Assembly: GCA_964016885.1 (NCBI GenBank)
Contig: OZ024740.1
Span: 306,156,001-306,220,000 of the forward strand
DNA from: Eledone cirrhosa
Lineage: Eukaryota
Length of the DNA: 64,000 bases
Reading direction: 5' to 3'
This document shows, in pieces, positions 24,626 to 37,500 of the stretch. The notes beneath the pieces are model-generated. The model had not been told where the DNA came from. It saw only the letters and a program-made list of their open reading frames with translations, and did not search any database. The first letter of the stretch is position 1; every line of letters begins with the position of its first letter. The position numbers and the translations under genes were made by a program.

Positions 24626-27600
24626 AAATCTTTAATGAAATTGAAGAGGCAGTGATGATTTTGGATGATGGTGATTATGATGCCAAAGTATATCATTATC
24701 GTTGTATTAATTTTCTTTAATAAATATGGTCTGTACTTATTGTTCCCTTTTATTTATCTCCCTCCAAAACACAGACACCACTTACACTATGTCAAAAACC
24801 ATCTAACATTGCTCATCACTATGAAACAAAACAAGCATCCATGTGATTGTTTAATCTGCTAGAATTAGAAAATAGTAGTCTGTATACTGAAAAATTAACA
24901 CTCTACCATCTTAAAAAAGTAAGGACATATTAAAAAATGTAGTCTTAGATACACTATCAGAATAAAAGATTATAAGCTTACTTAAATAGGGTTGATCTGA
25001 GGCTAAGCAACAACAGCAGCCACCAAGACAAATAGCCATTTTTTAAATATGAAAAGTGTTCAAGAATCAGTATGATTAAATGCATTATATCACTGGTACA
25101 CACTTTACAGTTTCCCGAGGTAATATCAACCTTAAAAGGCTTTGAAATGAGAATGGCAAAGTACTGAAGTTAAAATACAGACTCCTTACATTGGCACAAG
25201 ACCTTACATTTTAGGGAAAGGCTGTAGTAAATTATATTGACCCCAGTACATGATTGTATTGATGTTTTTGGGGGTTTTTTATGCTGGAAGGATGAAAGGC
25301 AAAGATAACCTGGGTAGGATTTGAACTAAGAATGTTCAAATCTGTAACTAAATACTGCAAGGAATTTTATTGGATGTGCTAGAACTTCTAATAACAGCAG
25401 CAACAATAAGGATCATTTCTTTTATTGGTCAAAAGAGCTGACACTTAGAGACACTACAGAGGTGAAATACATAGGAAAACCACAAACAAAACACAGTATA
25501 AGGTTTACATTGAGTAAAGGGGTGCAGTAAAAATAAAAATACCCCCAGTCTCTCTTTCTTACATTAATAAGTTTTTTCTTTGTCCACTTATTCCTGAGAG
25601 GGTCATGGGCACAGACTCCTCAAACACCTGGACACCCAAGCAAGACCAGCTGAGCTCATGGATGTTATCCAACCATCTTGCTCAGGGTCTACCCCTGGGC
25701 CTCCTGCCAGTTGGTTTTGCATGTAAAATCTGTCCAGTAATTCTTTCCTGAGACATTATAACCACATAACCATAAATAAGTAATAATATTAAATAGGTCA
25801 AATACTACAGACAAGTAGGATACAGGAAAGGAATCTCCCAAAATGGGAGGAAGCCATATTGGATGACTCATGGCATCTTGAATACAACCCTCAATTACAC
25901 TGATGCACCAAAAGCAATAACTTCTCCCAGTTCTTCTCACTGGTCTACAATCACTCAGTTAATGTGGACTATTTTGGCAGTGCTATTTACACTACTCTCA
26001 CCCACATTTCACAAAATCTACCGGAATGTAGCTTCTTCTCTACCCTTATCGTTCTCTTTAAGTAGTATTTAAAGAAGTTGATAAGAAGGGCTTGTCCAGA
26101 GAGGAAAAGCTGTCTTGAAACCTTTTAGCTGCAACTACCATACCACCTCTTTTGACATGAGAGAGAGAAAGACAACCCACTCTTCCTTACCAAGGAAATT
26201 GGTGCCAAATAATAACACCAACAATATAATAAATATAAATAATTTTCACATAAATAAGAAACAAATGTTTAGAGGTGAATAAGTATGAAAATATGATTTT
26301 GCCTTTGTCAAGAGTATTAATCCCTAAGGAGAGAACAAAATATCTGTAACAGTAGGATACAAACTCAAACCCTGAACTAACTAAGATTTTGCCTGTGTGC
26401 CTCACAAATATTTAAAATATGTTTTTTAGAAAATATGATGAATGTTACAATAACAACTGACTTTTTGTTAATGTTTTCAATCATGGACCACCTGATGTGA
26501 GAAGTTTTCTCTTACTGTTGAAACTGTTTGTTTAACCTCCCTTCCCTGATTATTTCCTTTTGCAAAATCTTCTGTAACATCAGTTTAATGATAGTGAATG
26601 AAATGCACTGGAGTTTACCTCAGTTCTCATGGTGTTAACTAGTTGAGACACATGGCTACTTCATAACAGCTTATCATTCTCCAAGCTATAGTACTTGTAG
26701 CCTTTATGTATAGCTAATCAGGCTGTATCATAGGGTTAAGAGACTTGGCCAAACTGATACATATCAGATCCTTTTGTCATTAGATAACCATCTCAATGAC
26801 TTGATGACCAGCAGCAGCAGCAGCTAATTTTGAAAACTGTCTCAATCATCACTCCTGCCACATACACATTGTGTTGTGCTGCTCAGGACTCTGGAAAACA
26901 TTACTTGCACAAACCTTACAAGTCTGAGCTCACTCATAATGGTTTCTGATTTAGGTCAAGGCCAGCAATATGAAGAGGAGAGGAAAGTCGATTAAATCGA
27001 CCCCAGTGCTTTATTTTATTGACCCTGTAAGATTGAAAAGCAAAGCTAATCTCACTATAATTACCAGATTTCTGTAGTCTGAGCAAAGACCTGGAAGCCA
27101 TTACATAATCTGTCAAACTGCTAAAAACAGCAGTCAAATGTCTGCTCTAACATTTTCTAAAAAGAAAGATACATTAAACTATGTAGTGCTCTATACTATG
27201 CCTGTAAAAAGGATGGGATAGTAAAAGCTGGAACACCTTTGATTGTAGGTCAGCTTAGGCAAGGCTGATGTGAGGCAAAACAACAACAAATCACATTTTT
27301 ATTTTCTAGCTAAACATTTAATTTAGATTGTTCACAGCTGTTACAATTCTCTGCCAGTGTGAATCTAGCTCAGCACAAGACCATTCACAAAAATAATCCC
27401 CCTAACAATAGAGCACATACTATGGACACTGGCTGGCATTGATAGTGAATTTTTTTGTCCAACACTACAATGACAAACAAATAAAGAACAGCTGAAATTC
27501 TATGGAAAATAAAAACATAGAAAACGATTTAGAGACAAATATCTGCAGAGACATGTTGCTTAAAAGGCAGGCTCTATTTAAATATTAAACTTGCTGTGGA

Positions 27601-27691
27601 CATGTTTGTTTTGAAAACAGTTGAAATAAAAGTGTTCTTTTTATATCTATGTATATTCTAGTGCAATTTCAACAATATTCTTTGTAGTTAC

Positions 27692-27782
27692 CTTTTAAAA
27701 GAGATAATCCAAAGTACTCAGTCTCTCTTAATCCAAGCTGAATGACAACTGCATTGAAAACCTCATGGAATTTAGATTTGAC
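27692..27782 (-). CDS. ex: Expanded/FRMD6-like coding exon 2 (VKSKFHEVFNAVVIQLGLRETEYFGLSLLK)
   Basis: tttacag| acceptor, G|gtaac donor; 91 nt, phase 0 to 1; classic FERM LxExxYFGL motif. Confidence 0.93.
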
Positions 27783-28532
27783 CTGTAAATAACAAAATAA
27801 TAGTTTCAGCTGTTGGTAAACCAGTTTTTTAAAAAAGGCAACCTTTTTAAATTAAATAAAACTATTAATGATACTTCACAAATCACACACGCACGCACAA
27901 AAGGTGAATAGAGTTAAGCTGATGTAATTAGGCATAATATTAAATTCAATAGCTGTGTTATGAGTTGAAACCTTACTATAGTTATTGTGTTACCCTGGAT
28001 AGAGTGTACAACTTAGCATATCAGTCTACATCAGTGATTCTCAAACAAAAGGCTTGCATGGGTTGGATGTGTCCTCAGCACAGTATCTCTCCACTCGCTG
28101 CGTTTCTTCTTCTCCTTTGTGAGTTTCAGCGATGTGGGGTCAGCTCTCATCACCTATACCAACATATCCAACTATAAAGGCAATCCCAAATACATAGTTC
28201 ACAAAAAATACTGCTTCAGGCTTAATACTGTTTGGGACTTTACAATTATTGATATTTGAAAAACTTGCTCATGTTAATATGTACTTCAATGAAAGTTTTC
28301 TAGATGACTGCAAAATTGTTTTTGATCTAGATGACTATCCAATTTTCCATCTCCAAGGATTTATTTACCAGACATTCAACTATTTTATAGTTAACCTGTG
28401 TTGTGGGCAGCTTTATAAAAAGCTAACATACTTTCGAATTTGCCTGATGCTTCATAAATGATTGTTTACATTCCTGGCTGAAAGATAAACCTTCTAAAAA
28501 AGATGGATGGAGTGGCCTGAGGTACTTTAGTG

Positions 28533-28841
28533 CAGTGATTCTCAACGTGGTCCAGGTGGACCACCGGTGGTCCACATAGCATTTCTAGTGGTCCACAGAG
28601 AATTCGTAGCCATAAAAAAATTGTAGCCATTTCACAAAAATGTAACTAATATAATATTTTGTTTAATTACACACATGTCCATTATATTTGAAAATTTCGA
28701 GTTCACAGCTCTGATACTATGGGCATGTGGTTAGAATGTCTCAAGCAGTTCTATTACAAAAGATTTAAAAGTTTAGGTGGTCCACAGGAAAAAATTACTT
28801 ATTTTGGTGGTCCACAGCGAAAAAAAGGTTGAGAACCCCTG
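28533..28841. mobile_element. hAT (Charlie-like) MITE
   Basis: 8-bp TSD ctttagtg (28525-28532 and 28842-28849); TIR cagtgattctcaac / gttgagaacccctg; subterminal gtggtccac repeats. Confidence 0.92.
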
Positions 28842-30049
28842 CTTTAGTGTAATGGACATGCAACTGTCTGACATATGGTAGATGCAGTATCCTGTTCCTG
28901 CAGGCAACTGTCCACTTTTTTTTCTAATCCAGGGGTTATTTATGTAACTTATTCAACTATTTTATAGCTAACCTGCATTGTGGCAGCTTTACAATAAGTT
29001 AACATACTTTTAAATTTATACACACACAAACACACTGATAATTACATACATAGAGCTATATATATATACACACACACACACATTATTAAGGGACTCCCAG
29101 GAGAGCTGGACAGTAGAAGCCCCTCCTCATGCAAATGCTTTGGCCCTTAACTTTTTACACTCTAAGGGAACCAAGCCACATCCAGGTCATGACTCCTGAG
29201 TGCCATTCTGTTGACACCTTTTAGCCACTTGGGTATAGGAGGCTTATGAAATTTAAGCCATATGGGGATTCTGTTCCTCCTCAACAAGATTTAGCTGGAA
29301 CTCCTCTCCATTACCTCCACTTTCAAACTTACATTTAAATGCTTTCTTGAGTTGTGTTAAAAAAACCTTGGAAGTCATGGTAGCAGTGAAACGACAGTGA
29401 TGCCACCACCAACACCATTACTATGACTCACTAGAGTTACTTCCCTTAACGTAGGTTCAAATTCTTAAATGCCAAGGCAACCATCTGTTTCTTGAGATCT
29501 TTTTTCTGAATGTTATCCCTCTCTCGCCAATGTCACGATTTCTGAGGAGGTGTTTTCAATGTCTTGCTCTATAGGTGTCCCTACATATTGTATGAACAAT
29601 GTCTCCAAAAGTAGCTAACTTGTGTTCCAGAGTGTTCTTCCTTATGGGTTAAGCTTGCAACATCTGCTATCAAGAGTTTGTACAAATTCCATATCTGAAT
29701 CAACAGCATGTATGTCATTGGCTGTGGTTTAACTCCTAGCCTTGATTTTCAAATGTCTTATATGCTGGAACAATGTGCTGCTGTTCATTCAATGAAGTCT
29801 TCATACGGCCTTTTTTCACTGTAGATTTCATGCCTTGTAGTGGAGAGTATCTCTTTAGACACATGGGAATTCCATTTGTCCTTTACTTATAGGCCATTGT
29901 AGATTCCTCATCATAATCCTTATGTTGGTATCAATGGATTCATCACTCTCTCCCCTTTTCTGTGAATCTTGGGAGCATCTTTCATTACTGAAACATAGCA
30001 TATATACATACCCCCCCCCCACACACACACACATTTGAAGTTTGTTGTA

Positions 30050-30220
30050 TTAAAACAATTTTATGATACAAGAACAGACAGATTTTCCATTAACAGGAAA
30101 TTATAAGCTGCATTTTAAAATATTGGGAAGAAAGCTGGTTTCATGAAAGCCGTAAATATAAGAAGCAGCCTAGGATGAAATAACGTAAAAGTGCATGAAC
30201 AACGTTTGGAAGAAGCTACA
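30050..30220 (+). mobile_element. Possible pogo/Tigger transposase remnant
   Basis: broken frame EAA*DEIT*KCMNNVWKKL resembles the Tigger AWxEVxxxCMNGVWKKL segment. Confidence 0.45.
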
Positions 30221-31079
30221 GCTAGAGCTGGATTTAATGGGGGGGAAAAGATGGCAAATCTGCCCAACACATGCCAGTGTGGAAAGCCAACTCTACTCCG
30301 ATAGCAGTGATGTGATCGGGGGCCAAGAGCACTGGAAGTCTCCACTGCTACAGGCTCAAATTATAACTTACTCAACAACTAGGCTACTGACTTCCCCAAT
30401 CATCCTGTCTCTTCTATCATTACTATTCACTGTTGCCAAAAACTAACTGATGCAGCCCCCTCTTGTATCATCACCAAAGCCATATACTAAAAAACCTTTA
30501 TCCAATCCTTTCTCCCAAGGTCTGCAGCCTTCTGAAAACTCCCTATCAGCCCACATTTACCCTGAAAGTATCAATTAGAATAACCTAAACGGTCTGGTAA
30601 AGCTTACAAAGGCTATGGGCACTGCACCTCTTCCTCAAACTATGTAATAAAATACACCTACAAAAGATGAGCAGTCTCCTTCAGACAGATGAACACACAT
30701 ATGCGCACACACATACATATAGACACACACACATGCAACAGTTTTGTATGAGAAGCAAAGGCAGTAACTATTGCCTATGTAGCTTCCCCAATGCACTCAC
30801 TCTAACAACACAGATAAACACACACACACACACACACTGTATCTCCAGCTGTAGTTGTGGAATAGTGTTAGTGATAAAGCTGAATATGTAACATAAAAAA
30901 GTGATTCTTTGTAGTATATAGTACTATTGGGAAATAAAACAAAGGTGAAAGTAATGGCATATACAGGTGTCTTTAAAATGGCTAAACTGACTCTTCAGCA
31001 ATGTAATTGCTTTAGTTTCTACACATGGTCCCAGATCAAGTCACTTGCTAAGCAGATACAACTCTAATAAATGAATATA

Positions 31080-31371
31080 CAGTGGGGCCTTGGTTAACAA
31101 ACTTAATTCGGTTGTTCGTAATCTAAAATGTTCGTAAACCAAAACTTTTTTTTTTCCCATATGAAATAGAGAGTGATAGAGAGAATGTGTGAATGACAGA
31201 TAAATATCACTGTAGTAATTAATTACACAGCAAGTGACACTCCAAGCTTGTTGCCAATCATTGTTAATGGCTTGCTTGTTCGTTACTCGAGACACTGTTC
31301 GTGAACTGAGACATTTTATGTTTAGAAAAATTGTTCAAGAACCGATTTATTCGTGGACCGAGGTTCGACAG
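31080..31371. mobile_element. pogo/Tigger-like MITE
   Basis: TA flanks; imperfect TIR cagtggggccttggttaacaaa / ttcgtggaccgaggttcgacag. Confidence 0.7.
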
Positions 31372-33432
31372 TATATATATTTGAATAATAATAGTCAACT
31401 ACAATAAATAACAGCTGAGAAAACAGGTAAAGTATCTCTGGAGACAAAAAAAAGTGGTCAGAGGCACGTTTGTCTAATTATTTCCATCTCCAGGGTTACT
31501 TTACATGATTTTCTCAGCTGTTATTTATAAGTCACTGACTATTATTATGGTCATTTGCGTTGGGATGGCTACATTTCCAATTTTCTCAATGCCAACCAGT
31601 TCTACACACGGTTTATTTAAACTGAATTCTTTTTCTTGTGGGTTTCATGCCACTGTTCATAGTAGTATGAAACTCAAGCAGCCAGAAAATAAACAATGTA
31701 CTCTATCATCTAGTACTCTCGTCTGTTTCCATTGATAAACTGTAATATTTGAGTATGTGTATATCTGCGTATATGTGTGTATACATGCATGTCTATATAA
31801 ACTACCAATTATCTAGTCAAGACCAAACCAGGTACAATTGGCCCAATTTGCTACTGTGTAAAACAACAAGCATTTTAAAGCTGTCTTTCCTGCAGGCTGT
31901 ATGATCAGCTTCTCTGCATCCTTCTTCTCCAATACCCTGGCTTCCATTTTTTCTTTCATTATTTTTAGTTATGTTGTTCTTGGTCTTCCCCTTCCATTAC
32001 TTCCTTCCATGTTCCCTTCACTCCTCTCACTCAGTCACTTTCATCCTTATTCCATTTCCCTTCACAACATTCACCACAGGTTTTATTCTTGTCATCCTCT
32101 GCAATTTATTGTTTGTCTTCCCCCCTCTCTCTCTCTATGATACTTCACTAATCCACCAGGCCATTCTCATTTCCATTCTTTCCAGCCTTCTCTCACCATG
32201 TCTTGCTCCTATAAATCATCACATTTCTCATACATGCAACATATACCTTTCCCTTCAGTTTCAGTGACAGTCCCCTCAGTAACACACCACTCAGTTACCG
32301 GAACTTCTACATATAGTTGCAAGAGCCTGTCACACCTTTATTCAACATGTCCCTAAAGTAACAAAACATTTTCACACCTTCCATCTTCACTATTCCTAAG
32401 ATCCAGCTCAAATTTTCTCCATACTCACTTTACATTTAAATGTAGCTGCTGTATTATTTAATAATTCCTTCACATCACTACACTGTCAATCTACCTATCC
32501 AGTGTTAACTTATACATTTAATGGAGTTCACTTTAACACCCTTTCTGCACACTACACATGGTTATCTTCCTCTTTCCAATATTCACCTCCATACTTTTTG
32601 CATCCATATATTCCTTTAATATTTCATCATCTTCAATCCTTCCATACTCATCTGTGTATGGCAACTCCCATGGTAAGCCCTCCTTTACACTTCAGGCCAG
32701 TACCTCTATCATAACTACTAATAGCCTTTACTTCAAACTCAGCACTGTTCTTGTCCTTCATCCTTATGACTGTAAGTGCATTCACATACATTCTTATCAC
32801 TACACTAACCAACCATTTCTCTACTCCCAACTCTTTCAATGCCCATCTTCAAGTACAACCCAATTGAAAACTTTATCCAGATCAACAAACCTGAAAAACA
32901 AATTCTTCCTCTTGTCCATATATTTCTGTAATTACATCAGTAATTCCTTTTCTCAACATAAATCCCAAACTGCATTTTATCAATATAAATGTTTTCCCTT
33001 ATCCTCTCCTCTAACACTCTTTCTATATGAGCCACTGTCTAAAGGATCACTCTTTTCCTTGTGTACAGAGATGAGAGAACTCAACACCCAATCTACTGAA
33101 ATATGATTTTCATATATACATATATATCTATATATAGTATGTATGTATATGTGTACGCATGTGTGTGTATAAATATGACCACCACCTCTGGCTTTATTGC
33201 TTGTGGTATGATGGCTAAGTAGTGATCCCTTCTGCCCAATGCCAGCCAAAGTCCCCCTGGAAAAAAAATATAGACAATAATCTTGTGTGTGTGTGTATAA
33301 AGTTATACCTGTATAGAGTGTGTAACCAAGTCTGCACCAACATGTATGGATATATACACATATCTAATATGTAGGCATGTAAACATGCTGGAAAATATGA
33401 ATTTCGCTGTAAATTAAAAAAAAATCATAAAT

Positions 33433-33477
33433 ATCTTAAATTGATTTTCGGATCTAATTGGACCCTCATCAGAAGAT
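33433..33477 (-). ncRNA. Minimal type I hammerhead ribozyme motif, intact core, sense to the ex pre-mRNA
   Basis: AUCUU-CUGAUGA-GGGUC(CAAUUA)GAUCC-GAAA-AUCAAU-UU-AAGAU; all three stems pair. Confidence 0.75.
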
Positions 33478-34459
33478 GAGTATATAATCCTATCAACCAC
33501 AAGAAAACGTGTATTTGATGGATGTTTATATCCATTGGATGTACTATGAGTGTGTATGTTTATTTACACACCATCACCACTGGATCTGGTTGTTATTGCT
33601 CATCAATTATTATTTCTTTTGATTTCTATTAATTCTTTTTAACCAACTTCTTTGGTTAACTATTTTATGGGTTTTTTTTAAATATTTGTTTCTTTCTCTA
33701 AGGCTTAAGATATTTTCTTTAAAAGCAATTTTTTTTTCCTGGACTCCAATTTCCTTTTCTTTTTTGTGACCCCTGCCCATAAAAAAATTCTTATATGGAC
33801 CCCGGTTGAGAATCGCTGCTTTACACGGTTTACTTGATTCCCCATATCACACTACCACTTTAAAAAAGGGAAAGGGAGAACACATTGGATAATATTGTTT
33901 TAGATATATTATGGCTTAAAAAAAAAAAAACAAATGTGTTGGACATAGCTGGAAAGCCTTTGATCATAAGAGTGTTCAATCAGAGCTGACCTGAGGTTAA
34001 AATACATCGATTACTGTCTGCTCTACTGCCATGTAAATGGTGCTGGAGTAGTTCAATGGTTTAGCCAGCACAGGTATTACTAGACAAATATTCAACTATG
34101 AATCCTACATTATACACACATATACATTCAATTCAGATATTTAAACCTTTCATTAACATAATTTTAAAAAAAATTAAAATATTGCGTTTGAATTAAATAA
34201 AGAATTTGTTGGGTATTTACTAAAATGATGATTTCATTATTTAGATGGCTTTTGTAAACATAAAAGGTTCTTATATAAAAATTATGTTGGAAGATTTTAA
34301 TTTAAATAGGAAGCCTTTAAAATGGGTATTTTATTTCTATAGAACCAGCAGGTAGTATCAAAATGGTTAAGTATGCACACAAACTATCAGTTACAATCTT
34401 TCAACATCTGCAATAAGTGCACAGGCTTGAAAAAGCAAAAACACAGTAAGAATACTTAC

Positions 34460-34552
34460 ATCTACATATGTCTCGAATTCAGCCCCACTTAAGAGTATCA
34501 CCTGGACAACCTTCCTCTTCTTAGGGGACCCACTGCCATTTAGTAAAGACAT
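34460..34552 (-). CDS. ex: Expanded/FRMD6-like FERM protein, coding exon 1 (MSLLNGSGSPKKRKVVQVILLSGAEFETYVD)
   Basis: ATG at 34552 preceded by an in-frame TAA; the exon starts at acceptor ttacag|34614 and ends GAT|gtaagt; phase 0; resembles the start of the FERM F1 lobe. Confidence 0.85.
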
Positions 34553-37500
34553 CCTGCAGCAGCCTGTCAGCTGATCTCCAAGTGGTAAACATTACATTGG
34601 TCTATGTGATACACCTGTAAAAGATGGACACAAAAATAGTAGTAGCACACAGAAATATTTTTTGTACATATGTATGTATGTGTTTTTTCTTAGCATTTCC
34701 TGCATGCTTTGTCAATCTTGTTCTAGCTTTGACCTCTCTAGCACCTGGATTCTGTCTATCTTTCTATCCTTTGGACAAAAACTTCTTTCTTTTTTTTTTC
34801 AACATTACTTCTATGAACAACATTTCCTGTACTTATTGTATACTGTTCCAATTCCAAGACTGTTTTTGTAAATTCACTCATAATTCTATTTTATACTCTT
34901 ATTTGTTCAGGTCATAAGATCTTCCTCTATATATGTACGTGTTTTCTTCTAGTAAGACTGTTTTGTATATTCACTCAGAAATGGGTTGTCTGCTGAGTTA
35001 TGTTCAGATTGTAAGACCTTTCTCTATATATTTTCCATCTGCTTGTAGTAATGTTGTTGTTCTTGTATTTTCCTCTATGCATCTTTCCCGTGTATTCACA
35101 AATATTGACAAACTAGAAATAAAGTAATAATTTTGTGGTAGAAATTGCAATGATCCATTCCCAGAATTCTGGCATTAGAATATAATCACAAAAATACTCA
35201 TAACTTTGTGAGACCTAGAGAGCCAAACTTTGGTGATAATGTAGAGTTTATATCCAGTACACTCTACAAAATGGCTGGTATAAAAGGTATCTGGCGAAAG
35301 AAACCATGCCAGAATATAGAATGTATGAGCAAGATGTGCTTTCCCAATGTGTTTAGTCATAAGCCATGAAAACCAGTCTAGCCTATGTCAGCATAGACAG
35401 GAAACATAAAATGATATATTATTCCTATCAGTAATGATATAACTGAATATGAACAGACAGTGTTTTTGTTTTTATTAATGAATCCATGAAGAACAGCTAC
35501 AATACAAAGCCCTTAAATGAGTCCCCTAAACATAAATCAAACATAACTAGAGATAAAACAAAATGTCAAGACAAAAATAAATTAGAATTGCTCAAATTGA
35601 AATTGCTGAGCTGTGATAATTTGTTTATACATTAATTTGAGCCATAAATTACATTCAAATTTTGAAAGAAATGTTACAACTACATGTCTGTATGTTTGTG
35701 ACCTGTGAACAGTGACTGCATTAAAATTTCCTTCAAACCATTCCAAGGGACAATTTGACAGAAAAATCAATGATTTTAATAATGCATTTAAAAAAAATCT
35801 GTATATTCACTCACACACAAAAAAAAAACTATGACTCAGAACCGTGAGTTAGTGAGATAAACCACTAGTTCCTGTTGAACCTAATTGTTCTTGGGTCCCA
35901 AATAATAGGGGTGTGTGGAATAAGTGGGGAGGGTTTGAAAAAAAACAGAATTAGTCGTTTAGTTTACATGTTGAGACTGCCAACCCATCCTATTTATTTT
36001 ATGACGTATGGTATTTCTAGTAATGTTCTGTTTAGCAGGAATGCTACAACTTAAAATAAAATTTCACCAGAGATAGATTAGCAAAATATAATAAGCAGGC
36101 GGAAGGGGGGATCATTCGCGACCCAGGAGTGCAACTATGTGGAGACTGTGATGTAAGAAATTAAATGTCTTGGCTAAAGACCATGATATTGGTGACAGAA
36201 TACAGATGTATGTCTTATTGACAGATGGAAATGAGCTATGTAAATTAAGTAAATTAACCCTTTTGGTATCAACCCACACAAAACCATCCCAATTCTATGA
36301 AGACAGCCTTCTTGTGTTAAAGTATTCTTATTTAAATAAAAAAAATATTATAGAATAATCATCATCATCGTTTTTACATTGTATGGGTTGCACAGCATTT
36401 CTCCACTCATCGTATTTCGTCATCTCCACAGCGAGTCCCAGCAATTTGAGGTCACACGATTGTCCTACCCATGCTGGCGTGGAAAATGGACATTAAATAA
36501 TGATGATGATGATGATAATTACTAACTTTCTCCTTTTTTAAGCTCATGTTTGGAACCTAGGTTCTTACATAAAATTATAATGGAATTTTTTAGATAAATA
36601 TAAAAGCTTCAAACATAATAGTTTTGTTTGTATTGTAGAACTGGATTGGTATGGAAAGGATTAATCTGATGACTACAAAAGAAGGAATGGCTATAAAACC
36701 CAAAATCAACATAGACAAGGTAGTTTCTTTTACTCAATGTTTAGAAGCAACAACAAAGCCACTCCTGAAAATATCTGAAATTCTCTGACAATTACCAAAA
36801 CAACAACACTATCATTACCACAAACAACAAACAATACTAGCAGTGTTGCTATTTCCAAGTGGTACCAGATAAATTGACCTTCTACCAATAGAAACATTCT
36901 AATAGCTAACATTAAAAAAAAATAAAAGATGTATTGAAATAAATGATAACCTTAAGCCAACGTTTTCACTTGTGCCATAAACATGTTGAAATCAAAATAG
37001 TACATACATTAGGCATGACCATTATCATCATCTCATTCTAAAGTGAGGAGATTGAGGCACAAAAAAAAAAAAATACAACTTAGATGCAAGCATGGTTTTG
37101 TGTTCCATCCCTGTGTATAGCACCTTAGGCAAGTATCTCTTACTGTAGCCTCAGGTCAACCAGTGCCTCATTGGTGAATAAAGTAGACAGAAACTGTGGG
37201 GAAGCCTGTTTGTGTGTGTGTGTGTGTGTGTGTACATACACACACACACACACATATATACACATCATTTAACTTTTTAGTATTTACATTATATATACTA
37301 TTGTATTTTCGCATTAAAGGCTTTATCTCACATAGTATCTCACGTAATATTGAATCTATGAGATTTTGATATTTATTTTGAGAACAATACCTTAACATCA
37401 GTACGAGTGGGCCAGTTACGGCCGGCTTGAACAGAAAGAGGTGAGAGAATTCTGGGTGGATACGACCAATTTAAATGCTAAAGGGTTAATGTGCATTTTC

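Noticed and set aside
24107-24720. Cys/His-rich repeat ORFs (CRCHDKKHPAHTVKW), or a CRISPR-like array
   Set aside because: 48-bp tandem of RTE 3'-UTR sequence; no unique spacers, no cas genes, eukaryotic context.
29440-29970. Decayed transposase on the minus strand
   Set aside because: Only a vague pogo-like resemblance in broken frames; needs TBLASTN/HMMER.
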